Positions 48,815 through 59,920 of a stretch of DNA of 64,000 nt are shown one piece after another. Location of the stretch: positions 627,331-691,330 of the forward strand of contig NIVC01000303.1 of assembly GCA_002269645.1 (NCBI GenBank), read 5' to 3'. The notes below the pieces were generated by a model that was given only the letters and a program-made list of their open reading frames with translations, did not search any database and was not told the DNA's origin. Position 1 is the first letter of the stretch. The number at the start of each line of letters is the position of its first letter. A program made the translations under genes and the position numbers. This stretch comes from Macrostomum lignano. Taxonomy: Eukaryota.

Positions 48815-49545
48815 TAATGCAGCCTGATGCAGCGGGCGCGCAGTCGCAGGTCGACCCGCAGCAGTCGCGGGGACAGAGAGGTGCAGTGCACGCTCTGCTG
48901 GAGGCGCGGTCCGATCAGTACGCGACACCGCCCGGCCGCGGTCGTCTGCCGACGTTTACAGGAGGCTCCAGCCGGCTCCGAGGTCCTCAGAGTGGAGCCC
49001 CGGCTCAGCCACGATAGAAATCTCCTGCAGCGGGACGAGGTCCAGCTGTAGGTCGTGGGCCAGCTGGACAAGGATGGTGCGACGCCAGGGGGCCTTCAGA
49101 GTTCGGCAGTTCATCGTGCCGAGTCTGAGGCGGCCACCTGGTACAGCTGGGCCAAATGAAGGTTGGCCTCGTGGTCCCCAGTGGATCCATAGATGAAGTT
49201 GCAGGGACTGGGGACAACAGGCGCCTGGCCGCGCCACGGAGTCGCCCTCGCCGGTTGCGCTCGCGCCGCCACTCAGTGCGACGTTGCGCGCTGCGCCGAC
49301 CTCTGCGTGTCCCTGCTGTGCTGAGCTTTGCTGCCGCAGCCGAGAGGCGGACGTCCGACCCAACCAAGGTCATCCGCGTCCAATGCCAGGAGTTGTCAGC
49401 ACTATTTGTACTTTCGGGCAAATATAATGGCTCGTCGCGGTTGACGGGCTGGGTGCGAACGATGGAACGCAGTAACACGGCCCCTTGCACCGGCTGTGGC
49501 CCGACGGCACAACAAGTCGCTTGGTGACTCGTACTCGTCACAGAT
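48815..49545 (-). mobile_element. 5' fragment of an RTE-like LINE (5' leader + start of AP endonuclease)
   Basis: LRLGTMNCRTLKAPWRR...LQEISIVAEPGLHSEDLGAGW is homologous to the 57.7-59.0 kb endonuclease. Confidence 0.88.
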
Positions 49546-49596
49546 CTTGAATGACAGAACAGAAATTCACTTTAGTGCCGCCTGAAATTCACTCAC

Positions 49597-49692
49597 CTGC
49601 AGATTTAAATCGCCAACATCGTCGCCTAGAATGGCCGTACCAGCCAGATCTGGCACGCAGTCTCCGATACAGACGGCTTCTTGACCTGGCAT
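49597..49692 (-). other. Duplicated peroxiredoxin exon 1 (orphan or alternative first exon)
   Basis: 96 nt encoding the same MPGQEAVCIGDCVPDLAGTAILGDDVGDLNLQ with intact ATG and cag|gtgagt donor. Confidence 0.85.
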
Positions 49693-50639
49693 ACTTCTGT
49701 TGTTGAATAATTTCCTTTAAATAAAGTACTTCTTGAACTGACTTTGACTGAATTGGATTCAGAAAAATGCGCTGCTGTTCTGCTTTAAGGCCGAAACTTG
49801 CTCAAAACCGTGGAATAAAAAGTTATAACACCTTTTCCGTTCCATTTCCACAAAACTACCATTCCAATTCGGCAAGCGGCATTCAATGTCGAAAAGTAAA
49901 TATTCTATTACGAGCGTTCATTCTCGCTCCTGCATGCAGATTTCCCATTCAATTTTAACACATTTTTGTGCGCTGTTTTTTGTGTACTGTACGAGCCATC
50001 AATCTTGAACAGATCCCCTGTCAAGCTAACGACAAGTACTGTAACTCTCTGTGGTTTTCTATAGCATCCCCCTTTCAACAGAGTGCTCTCGGTGAAGTTC
50101 GCTTCTAGAACACAGAAGCTTAATGTACGGGAGCATGCACTGAATATATTGTTGAAGAAATATCACAAATAGAATAAGAATGAGCGACGAGGAGATGTTC
50201 GAAGAAGCAGGAGATGAAGAAGAAAAAATCGGTGAGGAAGACGATGAGGTTAAACCCTGGGGGCCATATGGACGCGTGTCTGTTTGTGGACAACGTGAAT
50301 TTGTTCACGTTCATCTTTAAGAAGTTTTTAAAGTTTTATAAGAAACTTACAATAGTGACTGTGCGGGGTCAAAAGCCACTGCTCTTCCGATAAAAAACTA
50401 CGAGTTTCCGCTGCCTCGACCAGATCAATACCAATTACATGATGGTGTCGACTCAATGTGCTTCTTAAGCTGGCCTCCTCAAAGGCTAGACCCCACGCCA
50501 CTCCATTAACGAGGTTGAACAGAACTTCTGCATGCGCTCTCTCATGGCGAAATTCCTTTTTCATCAATGCAAGCTTTTCACATTCTATACTTTTTACTAA
50601 TCAATGGCCGAACTTTAAAACGGCTATCTAAACTTTCTA

Positions 50640-51700
50640 TAGCTATAATAAAGACAATAAAGATAAGAACGGTTGTTGATCGCCCTACGTCTGCTCACAC
50701 AACCAATTAGTAAAAAACTAATATATTTAAAGATTCAGTTTAATAGGTGCCATGCTCAAGACAACACTGGCACACCTTGATTTTGTGGGGGCTTTTTGCT
50801 CTAAACATTACGACACTTTAGCCACACTTTAGTTGGCATTAGTCTGTAGGGTGTCAGCTTGTAAATAAAAAACTGCTTTCAGTAGCATAAGAGTGTTTCA
50901 CAAAGTTTGATTAAAAACACTTTGATGTCTGCTTCACTTTGCTTTCACTTCTTGCCGTAGCTCAATCGGCGGCGTCGCCACTTGGCAACAGGTTGAACTT
51001 CTTCATCGTAGTCGTCGTCAGCTTCCAGCGGCTCGTCAAGACTTTCGCCGGCGATGTCGTCAAGCGAGTCGGGCTCTTCCACCTGATCCCACTGGTTGCT
51101 GGCTGCCAGCTGGGACACGAGGAACAGGGTCAGCAGCAGAGCGATGCCAAGTTGCATCTTCATGGTTCAGCTGTGCTTGGTTTTGAAAGGCTTGAATAAA
51201 TTTTAAACTTTCCTAGTTGAGACAGAGAGGCGCTGCTTCGGGTCAGCTGCTTTTAAAAGCAGCTCTAAAACGTGCCATGCAGGGCGCTGTGGGTGCACGT
51301 TTTCAATGCAATGCTTTGCGTGGCACAGACTGCGTGCTGCCTTGCCCAAGCTCACCTTAGTTTTTGCTCCATGCATCTCTTCATCTCTCACTGCTTGCCA
51401 TAGAGGCTGGACAATGCAGCTACTTGATGAAGATACTGCACGTGCCAGTCTAACAAGATGGGAACCGCACACGGCTCACTTGTGGCTCAAAATGAATTAA
51501 ACTAGCTGGCTACTCAACCTGCATCTTTTATTGCAAATAATTCTCCAAACCCTTAAGTTTGGGCTCTTAAAGCACGTGTCGTCTAAGACGCTTTCACAAA
51601 CCCAAGGACTGCCGTGAGCCCTGGGCACTGCAATTTGCCTGGGGCAGAGCTTGAAAACATTGCTTCTTTTGTAAAGGAGTAACACTGCACGGTCCTAAGT
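50640..51700 (-). repeat. Segmental duplicate of ~45330-46400 (peptide gene with flanks)
   Basis: Long near-identical alignment visible by eye; a second homologous block is 49445-49800 vs 43265-43625. Confidence 0.92.
50945..51163 (-). CDS. Secreted prepropeptide copy B (...K-WRRRRLSY-GKK)
   Basis: 72 aa; identical to copy A except 4 nt in the last 11 codons. Confidence 0.8.
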   Translation of the reverse strand: MKMQLGIALLLTLFLVSQLAASNQWDQVEEPDSLDDIAGESLDEPLEADDDYDEEVQPVAKWRRRRLSYGKK

Positions 51701-52918
51701 TCCAACCTCTACCAGGTCAAATGTTTCAGTTGTCTCTTATTCTTCCGTCTCTCTATTAGACGATGATGGTACCAATCGTATATGCTTCTAATCAATTAAA
51801 TAAGCCGAAGGTTCGATATGTTTCTCTCGATCTTTAACCCTCAACACGGAGGTTTATTTCTAATTCCTGATGATTGCAATTTCAAATAGATATTAAGCAT
51901 GCAAGTGTATTAAGCAATTCAGTGAAAATGAGATCTGGGCTGGATTCAAAGGAATAGGTTTCCTTGTCTCCTCGATCCTCTCTCCCTATCTCTGTCTCCC
52001 CCTCTCTCTCCCTCTCTCTTCCCCTGTCTCTCTCCCCCCGTCTCTCTACCCCTCCCTCCCCTATTTCTCTCTCCTCTCCTTCCCCCCTCTCTCTGCATAT
52101 CTCCCTCGATATCTCTGTCTCCCCCTCTCTCTCCCCCTCTCTCAATCTCTCTTCCCTCTCTCCCTCTCTCTACCCCTCTCTCACTCTTTCTCACCCTCTC
52201 TTCCTCTCTCTCTGTCTCCCGTCTCAGCATTTCTTTCCCTAAACCGCGAGGAAAGGATCGAGGCAAGACAAGGGGTGGCACGAAACGGAACCTCTGGGCC
52301 AAACAAAGCCTGCAGATGGATTTATTTCTTGCGAAAGATTCAATAGTCGAATGAAAGTGAGAAAAAAATCTGAGCAAACTGTGGTAGTGGCTGCTAGCTA
52401 GAGCTAGCGTTGTTGCACTTTACCCAATCATATCCTTGTTATGTCTATGGTTCTTAAGCTTTCGTTCTCAGCCTCCCACTTATTTTATAATTTTCTATGC
52501 TTGAATAAACTCTGCCGACAGCTTCGTTCAAACTACGACACAAACAAGAACCCATAGGCGTACAAGCGGAGACCAGACTAAATACGAGCTAGCACCCGCG
52601 CACGCGCACCCCGAGCCCCCGCAGCACACGCTACCCCGCACGCACCCGCCCCAGCCAAGCGAGCCACCTCACCCCGCAGTTTAAACGCCCTTACCACCAA
52701 CCCAGTGGCAAGGGTAACATAACTGTCTGTGCTACAGGGTCACCTGAAATGCCCTAGAATTGTTTTGAGGGCTAAGAGCTCTAGCAAAATAATTTCGAGT
52801 AGTGAGCTACTGTGGTGCCATCTCAATGAGTTTCATTGAGTTTGAGTTTGAATGAGTTTCTCATTCTAAGAAAACTATTTTTAAGCTACCAAAACTGTTG
52901 AGCTCGTACGCTCTACAC

Positions 52919-53000
52919 CAGGGGTCGGCAGACTCCGACCCGCAAAGCCTCTCAATCCGGCCCTCGGGTCCTTCACAATAGCAATCCGGCCCGGCCCGTT
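52919..53000 (+). mobile_element. hAT/Charlie-like terminal fragment
   Basis: Begins caggggtcggca; related to 46613-46722. Confidence 0.45.
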
Positions 53001-53207
53001 CACGGCTTGTGTCTCATCTCAGCTGTCATCTTTTTCCTCATAGCTGCAGCCATCAGCTCATTTTTGTCTATTCATTTCTATTTTCAATTCTGCCATATTT
53101 TCACGTGTTGTACATTACCAATATAATCAAAAAAAAATTTGGCATCTAAAAAATTCTAGTCGAAAGTTTTTCGCAGAGTGGCAAACAGCAAGGAAGAGAG
53201 AAAGACA

Positions 53208-53278
<71 letters not shown>

Positions 53279-53281
53279 GGC

Positions 53282-53318
<37 letters not shown>

Positions 53319-53340
53319 GGCAGACAGACAGACAGACAGA
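53208..53340. repeat. (CAGA)n microsatellite
   Basis: Direct observation. Confidence 0.97.
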
Positions 53341-53629
53341 TTTGTACTGAAATTCGGCAGCTATTAAAAATCATAAACCTTAAGTTTGGAACTAGCAATC
53401 TAGTGCGGCCCCCCTTCGGGGCGCCCAATAAGCAAGGAGCAAAATTAGTTCATGTAAAACAATTAAAAAAGCACATTTTCTTAAGAACTAATTCCTTCTT
53501 CTCTTTTAAAAATCACCTTATTCATGTAAAATTGTCACGGACAAAGATGCTTGCTATGAATAACTTTTTTTCTAAAATTAAGAAACAGACAACAAAATAT
53601 AACTTTCACAAAGATAACAGACATTCCCC

Positions 53630-54075
53630 CTAAATAGAAAATATTCCCAAGACAGCAAGCATCCCCCCAGATAGCAAGCACCCCCCTCCAAAAGTAAGCA
53701 ACAGCAGATAGCAAGCATCCCCTAATACTCGTAGCAAGCATCCACCCAGATAGCAAGCATCCCCCAGATAGAAGCATCCACCCAGATAGCAAGCATCCTG
53801 CAGATAGCAAGAATTCCTAAATAGCAAGCATCCCTAAATAGAAAGACTCCCATACATGTAGCCAATACCCCCCCCCCCTCTCCCAAATAGCAAGTACCCC
53901 CCCCCTCGAGAGCAAGCATCCCCCAGATAGCAAGCATCCCCCAGATAGCAAGCATCCCCCAGATAGCAAGCATCCCCCAGATAGCAAGCATCCCCCAGAT
54001 AGCAAGCATCCCCCAGATAGCAAGCATCCCCCAGATAGCAAGCATCCCCCAGATAGCAAGCATCCACCAGACAGC
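53630..54075. repeat. 18-bp minisatellite (atagcaagcatcccccag)
   Basis: Tandem units. Confidence 0.9.
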
Positions 54076-54089
54076 AAGTAGCTAGTGCA

Positions 54090-54770
54090 AATGTTACCTC
54101 CGCTAATGCAATAATCGCTTTCTCAGGTTGTGCAGCAATCCACGTCTCAGCTAGCGCAATAATCTCTTTTTTAGACAGCGCAATAATCAGCTTCTCAGCT
54201 AGTGAAATAATCATTTTCTCATCTAGTGCAATAATCCTTTACTCATCAAGTACAAAAATCGATGTCTCAGCTAGTGCAACAGCCTTTTCTAACCTAGTGC
54301 AATAATCCTTGGTTTATCAAGTGCAATATTCCTTGGTTTATCTAGTGCAATATTCCTCATTATCAAGTGCAATAATCCTTGGTTTATCAAGTGCAATATT
54401 CCTTGGTTTATCTAGTGCAATATTCCTTATTATCAAAGTGCAATAATCCATGGCTTATCAAGTGCAGTAATCCTTGGCTTATCAAGTGCAATAATCCTTG
54501 GTTTGTCAAGCGCAGTAATCCTTGATTTATCAAGCGCAGTAATCCTTGGTTTATCAAGTGCAGTAATCCTTGGTTTATCAAGTGCCATAATCATTGGCTT
54601 ATCAAGTGCAATAATCCTTGGCTTATCAAGTGCAATAATCCTTGGCTTATCAAGTGCAATAATTCTTGGTTTATCAAGCGCAATAATCCTTTGTTTATCA
54701 TGTGCAGTAATCTTTGGTTTATCAAGCGCAGTAATCTTTGATTTATCAAGCGCCATAGTCCAGGTCTTTT
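54090..54770. repeat. 24-bp minisatellite (atcaagtgcaataatccttggctt)
   Basis: Tandem units, degenerate at left. Confidence 0.9.
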
Positions 54771-54834
54771 TAATTAGTCCTTTAATAAAAGCTTTCAATA
54801 AAAAAAGTCATGCTACTTTTATTTTTTTATACAC

Positions 54835-54902
54835 TACTAAGATTCGAACCCAGGTCGCGCTGCATTAGCAGTCCAGTGTGTTCACATCTAGGCTAGCTCT
54901 CA
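54835..54902 (-). pseudogene. tRNA-derived (Ser-GCT-like) SINE head or pseudo-tRNA
   Basis: A-box-like TAGCCTAGATG, anticodon arm TGGACTGCTAATGCA, B-box GGTTCGAATC; acceptor stem does not pair and there is no long variable arm. Confidence 0.45.
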
Positions 54903-55404
54903 TTGAATTTATAAATGAATTTGTAGCACTTATAATTCAACACTCAAACCAAGTCAGTTGAGTAAAAGTCACACGAAGCAGTTATGGCATAATCAATTTC
55001 TTAGGCAACTCTATTAAAGTTAGCATTGTGGTTACGCAATATAAATCAAGTATGGTGCTATGCTTCCACACTGCGTTTTCAATACTATTGTGATTCAATC
55101 TATTTCAGAATCAGAATTCAAAACCAGTCAATTTTTTCTCTAGCACTCTTACAATGCATTTCAAGTCGAAAGAGCTGCTTGACTTTTGCAAAAATGCATG
55201 TTTTCGAATATTTAATATTAGGCATGTTGGCTACTTATAGTAATACAGATTGCGTGCTATATGACATTTTTTCCTGTATTTATGACTAATGTCTAATTTA
55301 TGAATAATGAAGAATTATTTGCTACGAGCGTATGTTAGTAAAGCTTGCCTATTTGCAGTGAACGGGTTTGCTATTTTAATAAATTATAGTTTGCATGGTT
55401 AGCG

Positions 55405-55431
55405 AGCGGAGAGAGAGAGAGAGAGAGAGAG

Positions 55432-55530
<99 letters not shown>

Positions 55531-55745
55531 GGCGCCTCCAATCTCAGGCACGGACGCGGTACATGTAAAAAGGACAAACAAGTCAAGTTGATTTAAGTTG
55601 CCGATACGCTCGTATTTCGAATTAGGTAAATTCTTCGTCAGGGCAAGTGAAAAGGAACAATCTTTCACAAGTGAAAGTGAAAAATTTTAATAAATTATAG
55701 TTTGCATGGTTAGCGAGCGGAGAGAGAGAGAGAGAGAGAGATAAA
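55405..55745. repeat. (GA)n tracts with a duplicated ~40-bp leader (55375-55415 and 55686-55725)
   Basis: ttttaataaattatagtttgcatggttagcgagcgg(GA)n occurs twice. Confidence 0.85.
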
Positions 55746-56114
55746 AAACGGAAACACGCGCTGTTTCAAGCGACACGATGAGGCTCGTACGAGCTCTATA
55801 GTCTATATTTGAGAAAACTCCGCACACCGAAAGCTTTAAAGAAACTTTCTGAGCACTGAAACACCATGCAGTTGACACAATATGAAGCGACAACTTACAG
55901 ACAACTCACAGGCATTAGCTAGCAGTGATGACAATTAGTTAGTTGGTAATGTAAAAATAAATAAACTTCTGCATTATCTCGTTAAAAGGGGTTCGATTCA
56001 AGCCTGGATTTTCGGCATCCTAATACTCAATCCATGTGAGTTAGGCTTTCTGGGCCAGGTGTAATCTATAACAACAGCAACAACAGAGTACGCTGCCAGT
56101 TCACAAAAGCAGCG

Positions 56115-57700
56115 TCAGATGGCGCGCTTCAAAGCTTGGGCGCGAACAAAAGCCGCACCGCCGGCAGAGTCCGGGGCGCCGGCGTCAGCCAGCAGACAGT
56201 CGACGTAGCGCCGAGACTTCGCCTGTCCCCGCCGGTAGGGTGCCTGCAACGTAAGTAGCAGCACCTCCTGCACCGGCTCCGGACAGTAGGCCTCGGCGCG
56301 GATGACGTGGCCTGCCAGCTGGAGTCGCCGACGGCGCAGCAGATCGCTAGGACGGGCCAGGCCGGCGCGATGATAGAGCGCCGTGTTGGTGACTCGCTCG
56401 TTGCCGATCTTGAAGGCGGCGCGCAGCAGGCCAGCGTGCGCCGCGTCGACTTGAGCCTCGAGCGAGTCTGTCAGCGTCCAGGTCTCGGCGTTGTATAACA
56501 GGACGGTCTCGATCACCGCCTGGAACAGCGCCGCCCTCTGGCGGTCCGGTAGGGCCTCGGACTGCAGGACTGACCTTATAGAACGAAAGGCAGCCCAAGC
56601 AAGTCCTCGGCGACGCCGCAGATCCTCGCGGACGTCGGGAACCAGACCGCCGAGGTAGACGAACTGCTGACATCTTGGAAGCTCACTCGCCTGTCCGTCA
56701 GCGCCTCGGCAGAAGATTGCAGCCTCGGTGTCGTCCGGCACGCATAGCACGACGGTCTTCTGCGTGTTGACCACCAGGCCGACGCTCGCCGCAACGGCAA
56801 CCAGCCTATCTAGCTGTCGTTGGGCGCCCTCGACGGTCGAGGACAGCAGGGCGAGGTCATCGGCGTAGCCAAGCACGCTGAGCCGTCTCTCCGGTTGGCG
56901 TCGACCCACGCGTCGCCGCAGCAGGAAGCCGTCGTCGTTGGAAGGCAGAGCAGTCCGTAGCACCCAGTCAAGCACCAGAATAAATAGGAACGGCGCTAGC
57001 GTATCTCCCTGGAGCACCCCGGAGGATGTCTCGAAGAAATCCGATAGGCCGTCCGGTGTTGAGACAGCAGCCGTCGTGCCGTGGTACAGCGCCATGACAG
57101 CAGAAATCAGCAGCTCTGGCACGTTGTACGCACGGAGCACCTCTGGGAGCGCGTCCCTCACGACCGAGTCGAAAGCCTTCCTGAAATCGACGAAGATCAG
57201 GATCAGGGTCAACTGGCGGATGCGCGCCTCCTCGATGACTCGTCGAAGAGCCAGGATCTGCGTCACTGTGCCGCGATGGGGCCGGAATCCGTTCTGCTCA
57301 GGTCGCAGGTACGGGTCCAGCACAGGCTGTAACCGCGATAGCAGCATGCGGTTGAACAGCTTCGCGGCGCAGGACTGTAGGCAGATGCCTCGATGCTCCT
57401 CGAGCTTGGTGGTGCCCGGCTTCTTTGGAATGGCGACGATGTGCGCCGTGGTCCATTCGTTTGGCGCCACCTCACCGAAAAGCACGCGGTTCATCACTCT
57501 GGCGACCTCAGTGGCCACGCAGTGGATCCGCAGCGCCTCGGTGGGCACCTCGTCCGGACCAAGCGCTTTGCCGCCCGGCGACTGCCGAGCGAACTTCACA
57601 ACGTCGGCTGTGCTGACTGGGGCAACATTGAAGCTCTCCTCCGCCGGCAACGGCGTCTCCGGCGGCAGCCTCAGATTTTCTGGAAGCGGAGGGGCGGCGC
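56115..57700 (-). CDS. LINE reverse transcriptase domain
   Basis: RT motifs as listed for the element; stop at 56115. Confidence 0.93.
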
Positions 57701-58990
57701 GTTGACAATGGCGGCGAAGAACTCGCGCAGCTCGTTCCTGCGCTCATCCGGAGTGTCGCCTGCCAGGTTGAGCGCGATGCGCCGCTTTCGCCCCGTCAGA
57801 GTGTTGATGGCGGACCAGGCCAAGCGCCCTCTGGCATCGGGCCCTGCGGCAGAGACGGCTTGGATGGCGTCATCGACAGCGGACTGCTGCCGCTGCAGGT
57901 AGACAGCCGCCAGAGCCTCCTCCGCCTCGCGAGTTGGCCGCCCACTCAGTCGGAGCCTCTCCAGATCTTCCCTCGCTTCGTCGATCGCGGGGTCGTCCTG
58001 CCAGACCGGCTGCCCGCGCTGGGCCGGTCGCATCAGCGGGACTGCTTGCTCCGCAGCGGCTCGAACTGCAGCGCTCACCTCCGCGTACTCGGCTCCTCCA
58101 CGCTTGTCGCCCAGCGCAGTGACAAAGGCACCGGCAAAGCGACGTCGCGTCTCGGCGTCCCTGAGCGCGCGGTAGTAGCGCCGCGGTGGCCGCTTTGGCG
58201 GACGGTAGAGCGGGTCCCGAAGCCGAAGGTCGCAGATGAGCAGCCGATGGTCGGACCGCAGAGCCAGCGGCGTAATGGTGTGGCAGTTGGTGACGCGGCG
58301 GCGCTCACGAAAGCGCACAAGCACGTGGTCGAGCTGTGCCAGCCTCCGCGTAGCGTTCCGGCCGCGCGCGTTCCGCCGCCTCCGCTTGCAGCCCACGAAG
58401 GTCGCGAGCCTGCCCGGTGACTTGCGGAATCTGGTGTTGGCCGACACCATGTCCTGTCTCTCCAGGAAGTCCTCTAGCGCTCCGGTGTTGCCGTTCTCGC
58501 GCGCTGTCACAAACAGCGATCGCTCGGACCTACGCAGAACTGCGTTCAGGTCTCCGAGAATGACCACTGTGTCACGTTGCGCCATCTCCTCCACCCGCAC
58601 CGAGAGTTGCTCGAAGAAGGCCTGAGCCTCATCGGAGCGGGTAGCAGGCGGCGCATACGCGCAGAACAGGCGGGTGTTCCGGCCGCGAAGCCGGACGTCG
58701 ACCCGAAGCAGCCGAGAAGACAGGGAGATGCAGCGACAGCTCTGCTGCAGCCTCGGTCCGATCAGCGCTCCAACTCCTCCACGGCCTCGCTCATCCGCTG
58801 AGGTGTACCAGAGTGTCCAACCGGCGCCCAGGTCCTCACAGTGAAGTCCGGGGTCGGCTCTGATAGACACCTCCTGTAGTGCGATGACATCACAGCTGAG
58901 GTCGAGCGCTAGCCTCGCCAGCAGCCCTCTCCGCCATGTGGCCTTGAGAGTGCGGCAGTTCAGCGTCCCGACCCGAAGCGTGCCTCTGGT
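57671..58990 (-). CDS. LINE apurinic-like endonuclease domain
   Basis: Open frame from TLRVGTLNC to the frameshift near 57700. Confidence 0.92.
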   Translation of the reverse strand, partial: TRGTLRVGTLNCRTLKATWRRGLLARLALDLSCDVIALQEVSIRADPGLHCEDLGAGWTLWYTSADERGRGGVGALIGPRLQQSCRCISLSSRLLRVDVRLRGRNTRLFCAYAPPATRSDEAQAFFEQLSVRVEEMAQRDTVVILGDLNAVLRRSERSLFVTARENGNTGALEDFLERQDMVSANTRFRKSPGRLATFVGCKRRRRNARGRNATRRLAQLDHVLVRFRERRRVTNCHTITPLALRSDHRLLICDLRLRDPLYRPPKRPPRRYYRALRDAETRRRFAGAFVTALGDKRGGAEYAEVSAAVRAAAEQAVPLMRPAQRGQPVWQDDPAIDEAREDLERLRLSGRPTREAEEALAAVYLQRQQSAVDDAIQAVSAAGPDARGRLAWSAINTLTGRKRRIALNLAGDTPDERRNELREFFAAIVNAPPLRFQKI

Positions 58991-59289
58991 ACGGCTGGGG
59001 CTCGATGCTGGTGAGCCTCATGGTCCCCGGCGCCACCCGGAAGATCCAATTGGGCCAGCGCAGCAGCAGCTCGGCGGGCGGCGCCACGTTGCCGACCTCG
59101 CCAGTTTCGCTCGCGACGGCGTTCAACTCGCCGACGCGCGCTCCGCTGCCCTCGCTTGGTCCTGCCGCATTTGGCCGCCGCAGCAGTTAAGCGCGGCTCT
59201 CCACTCTCACCACGAGGAGGTAGCGGCATTTATCTGCACCGTGGTGCAAAATAAATTAAGACTGCAAAATCAATTAAGACCTTATGATT

Positions 59290-59592
59290 GATCTTAATTT
59301 ATTTTGCAGTCTTAATTTATTTTGCAGTCTTAATTTATTTTGCAGTCTTAATTTATTTTGTCTTAATTTATTTTGCAGTCTTAATTTATTTTGCAGTCTT
59401 AATTTATTTTGCAGTCTTAATTTATTTTGCAGTCTTAATTTATTTTGCAGTCTTAATTTATTTTGCAGTCTTAATTTATTTTGCAGTCTTAATTTATTTT
59501 GCAGTCTTAATTTATTTTGCAGTCTTAATTTATTTTGCAGTCTTAATTTATTTTGCAGTCTTAATTTATTTTGCAGTCTTAATTTATTTTGT
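59290..59592. repeat. 18-bp minisatellite (ttaatttattttgcagtc) with an inverted 2-unit copy at 59245-59280
   Basis: About 16 units. Confidence 0.95.
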
Positions 59593-59654
59593 AATCTATA
59601 TAACTGACAGATTTGTTCAGGGGCGTTGCCAAGTTTCTTTATTGCTTTAGCACC

Positions 59655-59920
59655 AATGGGCTTTAGCACCAAGGGGCTTTAGCACCAAGGGGCTTTAGCA
59701 CCAAGGGGCTTTAGCACCAAGGGGCTTTAGCACCAAGGGGCTTTAGCACCAAGGGGCTTTAGCACCAAGGGGCTTTAGCACCAAGGGGCTTTAGCACCAA
59801 GGGGCTTTAGCACCAAGGGGCTTTAGCACCAAGGGGCTTTAGCACCAAGGGGCTTTAGCACCAAGGGGCTTTTTAGCACCAAGGGGCTTTAGCACCAAGG
59901 GGCTTTATAGCACCAAGGGG
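59655..59920. repeat. 16-bp minisatellite (ctttagcaccaagggg)
   Basis: About 16 units. Confidence 0.95.

Larger units (their letters stand above)
56060..59240 (-). mobile_element. Near full-length RTE-like LINE (APE endonuclease + RT)
   Basis: Endonuclease (GTLNCRTL, LQEV, LGDLNA, LDHVLV, SDHRLL) and RT (EQNGFRP, VDFRKAFDS, GVLQGDTLAPFLF, YADDLAL); 1-bp frameshift near 57700; (TTG)-like 3' tail. Confidence 0.95.

Noticed and set aside
50180-50320. 46-aa acidic plus-strand ORF (MSDEEMFEE...VKPWGPYGR) resembling a pro-peptide
   Set aside because: No in-frame signal peptide or convincing upstream exon, and too short to support.
46613-53000. Two hAT-like ends as one element mobilising the duplicated peptide block
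   Set aside because: The ends face outward rather than enclosing the block, and no 8-bp TSD was found.
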